Source: Bacteroides sp.
GTDB lineage: Bacteria > Bacteroidota > Bacteroidia > Bacteroidales > Bacteroidaceae
DNA length: 64,000 bases
Direction of reading: 5' to 3'
NCBI GenBank assembly: GCA_052357945.1
Contig: DAWCXD010000012.1
Location: forward strand, 1,405 to 65,404
In this document: positions 58,996 to 64,000 of the stretch, piece by piece
Layout: each line of letters opens with the position of its first letter
Position numbering within the stretch: the first letter of the stretch is position 1
Position numbers and translations under genes: made by a program
The notes under the pieces: generated by a model
Databases searched by the model: none
What the model saw: the letters and a program-made list of their open reading frames with translations, nothing else
Told to the model about the DNA's origin: nothing

Positions 58996-60693
58996 TCAAG
59001 AAGCTTTTTTCTCTTTCACATCGCTGCTGGCTTCCACTACATTCACTACATAGTCACCTAGCTTTTCGCATTCGGCGATAATATCCATGTAGTAAACTCC
59101 CATCTGATAATCATATTCTTTGTTGTTCACATCCAGAATATTTTGATTCTTCAGTTGGTTACGATAATTATTAATTTCGTTTTCGATGTTGAAGGACTTG
59201 TTGATATCGATGCTTTGGTGTTCCGGTTTTTCTACTACCACAATCATTTGGGCAAGTGCATCGTTCGTCAGCTTCATCATGAAATGAATATGTTCATATT
59301 GTTTTTCGGTAAAGTCTTGATTAGTCTGACGTTTCCGGTTGATGGTGCGTGCCAGATTATAACAGCTGTCACCGATACTTTCAATTTCCGTTACTTCACG
59401 CAGCATGGCACGTATCTGTAACTTACTTTCAGAACTTAAACGGCCTTCAGATACTTGATTCAGGTAGTTGGCTATTTCAAGTTCCATGTTGTCACTGATA
59501 TTCTCATATTTTTCGATCCGGCTAAATAGTTTATTGAAATCATCATCTTTTTCTGTATGTAGCAGATCCTGTACCATGCCGAACATTCGGTGTGTACGTT
59601 CTGCGAAAAGATGGATTTCTTTGCGTGCTTGAAGGATAGAGAGTTCAGCGGTAGAAAGCATACCACCGGTGATGAACCGCAAACGAGGTTCTTCGTCCTC
59701 TTCTTTGGGATGGATTAAAGCGCATACGGTACGTTCAATCAGTTTCACGCCCCATATCAGGATACATACGTTACAGATATTGAACACAGAGTGGAAAGCA
59801 GACAGTTTGTATGAGATGGCAACTTCAGGGTTGTTTGTTTGAAAGAATGTGTCTACAATCCAGTTCACAAACTGCATAAAGGGGTGGAAGATGACCAATA
59901 CCCAGATAACACCGAACACATTAAAAACAAAATGGGCCAATGCTGCCCGCTTAGCCTGTGTGTTGGCTGTAAGTGCGGCAAGGTTGGCCGTGATAGTGGT
60001 TCCGATGTTTTCTCCCAAAACGAGTGCTGCTCCCAGCTCCAGACTGATCCAGCCGTTGGCACACATAATTAATGTGATTGCCATGGTGGCTGCAGAGGCT
60101 TGCACAATCATGGTCAATATGGTACCGATGAGCAAAAACAGAATAATGGAGAAAAATCCCATATCTGTGTAGTTCTGTACGAAGGCGAGCATTTCCGGGT
60201 TGGCATTCAGGTCGGGGGCGTTTGCTTTTAAATAAGAGAGCCCCATGAAAAGGAAAGAAAAACCAAAAATGAATTCACCGATGGACTTGCGGTTGCTTTT
60301 ACCGGAGAAGATAAGCGGAAGGGCGATAGCTAGAAGTGGAAGAGCAAAGGCAGCCATGTCGACTTTAAATCCGAAAATTGAAATGATCCAGGCAGTTACA
60401 GTAGTACCGATATTGGCACCCATAATAACGCTGATGGATTCGGCAAGTGTAAGTAACCCGGCGTTCACGAAACTAACGACCATCACCGTCGTTGCTGAAG
60501 AAGACTGGATAAGAGCTGTTATTAACACTCCTGTTAAAACTCCCGTTACCCGATTGGTAGTCATTGCCGTTAGAATACTTCGCAATCTGTCACCCGCGAC
60601 CTTTTGTAAGCCCTCGCTCATAATCTTCATTCCGTAAAGGAAGAGTCCTAATGAGCCTATGAGCTTTAAAAAATCATAAAAAGAATATTCCAT
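58996..60693 (-). CDS. Na/Pi cotransporter family protein with PhoU-like C-terminus
   Basis: IQSSSATT, MGANIGTT, GENIGTT repeats; IESIGD and CEKLGDY PhoU motifs. Confidence 0.93.
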   Translation of the reverse strand: MEYSFYDFLKLIGSLGLFLYGMKIMSEGLQKVAGDRLRSILTAMTTNRVTGVLTGVLITALIQSSSATTVMVVSFVNAGLLTLAESISVIMGANIGTTVTAWIISIFGFKVDMAAFALPLLAIALPLIFSGKSNRKSIGEFIFGFSFLFMGLSYLKANAPDLNANPEMLAFVQNYTDMGFFSIILFLLIGTILTMIVQASAATMAITLIMCANGWISLELGAALVLGENIGTTITANLAALTANTQAKRAALAHFVFNVFGVIWVLVIFHPFMQFVNWIVDTFFQTNNPEVAISYKLSAFHSVFNICNVCILIWGVKLIERTVCALIHPKEEDEEPRLRFITGGMLSTAELSILQARKEIHLFAERTHRMFGMVQDLLHTEKDDDFNKLFSRIEKYENISDNMELEIANYLNQVSEGRLSSESKLQIRAMLREVTEIESIGDSCYNLARTINRKRQTNQDFTEKQYEHIHFMMKLTNDALAQMIVVVEKPEHQSIDINKSFNIENEINNYRNQLKNQNILDVNNKEYDYQMGVYYMDIIAECEKLGDYVVNVVEASSDVKEKKAS

Positions 60694-60775
60694 CTATAAT
60701 ATTTTTAATGGTTATTTGTTCTCTATCTGATTATAAGTATATTAGTCCCAAATTATTCACCTTTTAACGAACTCG

Positions 60776-62449
60776 ATGAAACAGATGTTACAAATATGTT
60801 GCAAAAATAACAATATTTCCAAAGAATTCCCTATCGGAAGCTCACTTTTGGATATTTATTACGGTTTTAATCTTAATTTTCCTTATCAAGTAGTAAGTGC
60901 CAAGGTCAATAATCGCTCCGAGGGACTTAATTTCAGAGTATATAATAATAAGGATGTAGAGTTTCTGGATGTGAGAGATCAGTCCGGTATGCGTACTTAT
61001 GTCCGTTCGCTTTGTTTTGTCTTGTTTAAGGCTGTCACGGAACTCTTTCCTGAAGGAAAATTGTTTGTGGAACATCCTGTATCGAAAGGTTATTTCTGCA
61101 ATTTGCGGATTGGACGTCCCATTGAACTCGAAGATGTGACACGTATCAAACAACGGATGCAGGAGATCATTGCGGAAGATATTCCTTATCACCGCATTGA
61201 ATGTCATACAGCGGAAGCAGTACGGGTTTTCAGCGAACGGGGGATGAATGATAAAGTGAGATTACTGGAGACTTCCGGTTCGCTCTATACCTATTATTAT
61301 ACATTGGGTGATACCATTGATTATTATTATGGTAATCTGCTGCCCAGCACCGGATATCTTAAATTATTCGATATTGTGAAATATTATGATGGATTGCTCC
61401 TCCGGATTCCGAGCCGGGAAGACCCGAATATGCTCGAAGATGTGGTGAAGCAGGAAAAAATGCTGGATGTCTTTAAAGAATATCTGAACTGGAGTTATAT
61501 CATGGGGCTTAACAATGCCGGAGATTTTAACCTGGCCTGCGAAGAGGGGCATGCAACCGATCTGATAAATGTTGCGGAAGCATTGCAGGAGAAGAAAATA
61601 GCCCAAATAGCCGATACTATATTCCATCGTGGTGAAAACGGTAACCGGGTAAAACTGGTATTGATTGCCGGACCATCCTCTTCGGGAAAGACAACTTTCA
61701 GCAAACGGCTTTCTATCCAGCTAATGACCAATGGACTGAAACCATTCCCGATCTCTTTAGATAATTACTTTGTGGATCGTGAAGAGACTCCTTTGGATGA
61801 AAATGGAAATTATGATTATGAATCATTGTATGCACTTGATTTGGAACTGTTCAATCAACAGTTGCAAGCACTCCTGCGTGGTGAAGAGGTCGAACTGCCT
61901 CGTTTTAATTTCTCCCTAGGCAAGAAGGAGTATAAAGGCGATAAACTGAAAATAGAAGATAATACGATTCTGATTCTGGAAGGTATTCATGCCCTGAACC
62001 CAGAACTGACACCGCATATACCGGCTGAGCGGAAATTCAAGATTTATGTTTCAGCATTAACCACCATCTCTTTGGATGATCATAACTGGATTCCGACAAC
62101 CGACAACCGTCTGTTGCGTCGTATTATCCGTGACTTCAATTATCGGGGATACTCAGCACGTGAAACCATATCACGCTGGCCGAGTGTACGTGCCGGTGAA
62201 GATAAATGGATTTTTCCCTATCAGGAGAATGCCAACGTAATGTTTAATTCTGCGTTGCTTTTTGAGTTTGCAGTACTCCGTTTACATGCTGAGCCTATTT
62301 TGATGGGTGTCCCGCGCAACTGTCCGGAATATTGCGAAGCATATCGGTTACTGAAGTTTATCAAATATTTTGTTCCGGTACAGGATAAGGAGATTCCACC
62401 AACCTCTTTGTTGCGTGAATTTTTGGGAGGTAGTAGCTTTAAATATTAA
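60776..62449 (+). CDS. Nucleoside (uridine) kinase with ThrRS N-terminal-like domain
   Basis: SAKVNN TGS-like start, IAGPSSSGKTT P-loop, SLDNYF, ILEGIHAL, RLLRRIIRD. Confidence 0.88.
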   Translation: MKQMLQICCKNNNISKEFPIGSSLLDIYYGFNLNFPYQVVSAKVNNRSEGLNFRVYNNKDVEFLDVRDQSGMRTYVRSLCFVLFKAVTELFPEGKLFVEHPVSKGYFCNLRIGRPIELEDVTRIKQRMQEIIAEDIPYHRIECHTAEAVRVFSERGMNDKVRLLETSGSLYTYYYTLGDTIDYYYGNLLPSTGYLKLFDIVKYYDGLLLRIPSREDPNMLEDVVKQEKMLDVFKEYLNWSYIMGLNNAGDFNLACEEGHATDLINVAEALQEKKIAQIADTIFHRGENGNRVKLVLIAGPSSSGKTTFSKRLSIQLMTNGLKPFPISLDNYFVDREETPLDENGNYDYESLYALDLELFNQQLQALLRGEEVELPRFNFSLGKKEYKGDKLKIEDNTILILEGIHALNPELTPHIPAERKFKIYVSALTTISLDDHNWIPTTDNRLLRRIIRDFNYRGYSARETISRWPSVRAGEDKWIFPYQENANVMFNSALLFEFAVLRLHAEPILMGVPRNCPEYCEAYRLLKFIKYFVPVQDKEIPPTSLLREFLGGSSFKY

Positions 62450-62646
62450 GTATAAAAATTAGGATATATTCGTTATTTGTGTTTTCTTTGCAAAAATATA
62501 AATTACCTTTTGTTGTAGTAAGGCAAGAGAATACCAAATAAACAATATTTGAATAGGATTCTTTAGGGGAGAATACTGTATAATGACTGTTATACTAAAC
62601 TATAATATTGAACCTTTAGTTACTTCTGCTGTTATAAAAGGACTAC

Positions 62647-63069
62647 ATGCAACAAAAAAATGTGAATATGATTTTTTATAATAGTCTTTTAGCAAAGTGG
62701 TTCTTGGGAAAAGGAAAGAAACACTATTTTATGTTAGGCTGGTTTTTCTTTACCCGGTATAAATACCTGGAAGTTTGGGAAGATATGGAGTTACGGATAC
62801 ATGCAAAGCAATATTGGGAATGCTTTTCTTTGACTCTGATACCAGCGTTGATTTTGTCATTACTGTTTTCATGGTGGTGTATGATACTACCATTCGTAAC
62901 TTATGACCTCCTTTATTGGTTTGAAAAAATCATCTACCACCATTCAATATTTAATTGGGAGGCGATAAAACATTGTGGCGATACGCTTTATCTCCGAAAG
63001 AGAAAAGCGTATGCCTGGAAGAAAGGTTACGGGAAAAAAGAGTTGCCTGTATCCAGATGGAATGATTGA
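62647..63069 (+). CDS. Hypothetical membrane protein
   Basis: 140 aa with a central hydrophobic segment; upstream GAAC-N16-TGTT at 62610-62633; start may be 62668. Confidence 0.7.
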   Translation: MQQKNVNMIFYNSLLAKWFLGKGKKHYFMLGWFFFTRYKYLEVWEDMELRIHAKQYWECFSLTLIPALILSLLFSWWCMILPFVTYDLLYWFEKIIYHHSIFNWEAIKHCGDTLYLRKRKAYAWKKGYGKKELPVSRWND

Positions 63070-63073
63070 TTCT

Positions 63074-64000
63074 TTATTTCAAATGCTTCTTTATCCAAAG
63101 CAGATGTCCATACTCTGTATCGTTGGAGGTCCAATGCTCATTAATAGGAGTAATCAGGGCTTCTTTCGGACAGTTTAGTACATTGTATACAATATAGCTG
63201 GTAGTCGGAGGACAGGTGTCATCATTGAATCCCCATGTTATATAGGTGTCTGCTTTTATCAATTTAGCAAAGTTCACTACATCATAATAGGCCATTGTCT
63301 TTATTTTTTCAGGGGTATCCATATCCACCGAATTTCTAAAGAAATGAGGATAGCCACCGGCACGTCCGGCTTTATAGCCTGCCATATCGCTTAAGGCGGG
63401 ATGATTGGCGACACAAGCTGTCACCCGTTCATCCAGTCCGGCGGCGATCAACGCCAGGGCGCCTCCCTGGCTACCTCCTTGTGCGATTACATTTTTGCCA
63501 TCCCATTCCGGCAGGGAAGTTAAAAAGTCGATGCCACGCACACAGGCCAGATATACCCGTTTCATATAATAATTATCACGACTGTCGAGCCCGTTGGTCA
63601 GATAGCCGTTTTCTCTGCCGTTAAAAGCGTTGCTGATTTCTTTAAATTCTTCATCGGTCATTTCCGGATTCAGGCCGTGTATCTCGAATTCAAAACGGAT
63701 GCATCCTTGTTCCGCATAATATTTATGACGTAGAGGTTCTTTGATGGTTTTGATACCTGCTCCCGGAGGGCACAAGACAACCGGAAACTTTCCTTCTTTT
63801 TTCGGATAGAATAAATATCCGTAGACGCATTGCCCACGTTTGTTCAGTTGTAATTTTACGAGATAACAGTCTATTTTATCAGTGGAATATTTATCGGCAT
63901 GTTCTTTGGTATACGTTAGAGGAAACTCCTTTTGTTCCGCTTTAGCCTTTTCCCAAAATTCCTTGAAATCGGAAGGCATGGTGGTATACGGACGAAGTTG
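63074..64000 (-). CDS. Acetylxylan esterase / cephalosporin-C deacetylase (CE7), 5' end outside the window
   Basis: PSDFKEFW, GGSQGG nucleophile motif, DDTCPP, EH; frame is open to the window edge. Confidence 0.9.
   Translation of the reverse strand, partial: QLRPYTTMPSDFKEFWEKAKAEQKEFPLTYTKEHADKYSTDKIDCYLVKLQLNKRGQCVYGYLFYPKKEGKFPVVLCPPGAGIKTIKEPLRHKYYAEQGCIRFEFEIHGLNPEMTDEEFKEISNAFNGRENGYLTNGLDSRDNYYMKRVYLACVRGIDFLTSLPEWDGKNVIAQGGSQGGALALIAAGLDERVTACVANHPALSDMAGYKAGRAGGYPHFFRNSVDMDTPEKIKTMAYYDVVNFAKLIKADTYITWGFNDDTCPPTTSYIVYNVLNCPKEALITPINEHWTSNDTEYGHLLWIKKHLK

Overview
Bacteroides chromosome segment, inferred from protein families and TAnnTTTG promoters; I cannot fix the species from sequence alone. 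About 1-28.8 kb is mostly housekeeping or stress genes: a glutamate/glutamine acid-resistance cluster (gadC, K-channel-like gene, glsA, gadB), MFS and EamA transporters, HIT, greA, pnp, a small XRE + AAA/PD-(D/E)XK patch, buk/ptb, GH16, LD-carboxypeptidase, M28/glutaminyl cyclase-like gene, sufE, ribF, a P-type ATPase, an orphan histidine kinase and rubredoxin. About 29.0-58.7 kb is a ~30 kb polysaccharide utilization locus (PUL). It has four paralogous DUF4962/heparinase II-III (PL15-like) lyases, one of them a lipoprotein, plus a GH88, two tandem SusC/SusD pairs, two pilin-like/C-lectin-like lipoproteins and a hybrid two-component regulator (HTCS), but no sulfatase. The window ends with a Na/Pi cotransporter, a nucleoside kinase, a hypothetical gene and a partial CE7 esterase. 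Non-coding signals read from the sequence: a candidate HTCS operator at a fixed position in PUL promoters, an AAC-N16-TGTT ECF-type promoter shared across the gad cluster, a terminator in the greA leader, a candidate sRNA after pnp, and three unrelated 4-unit palindromic arrays with a 22-23 bp period. I saw no rRNA, tRNA, CRISPR array, integrase or transposase.
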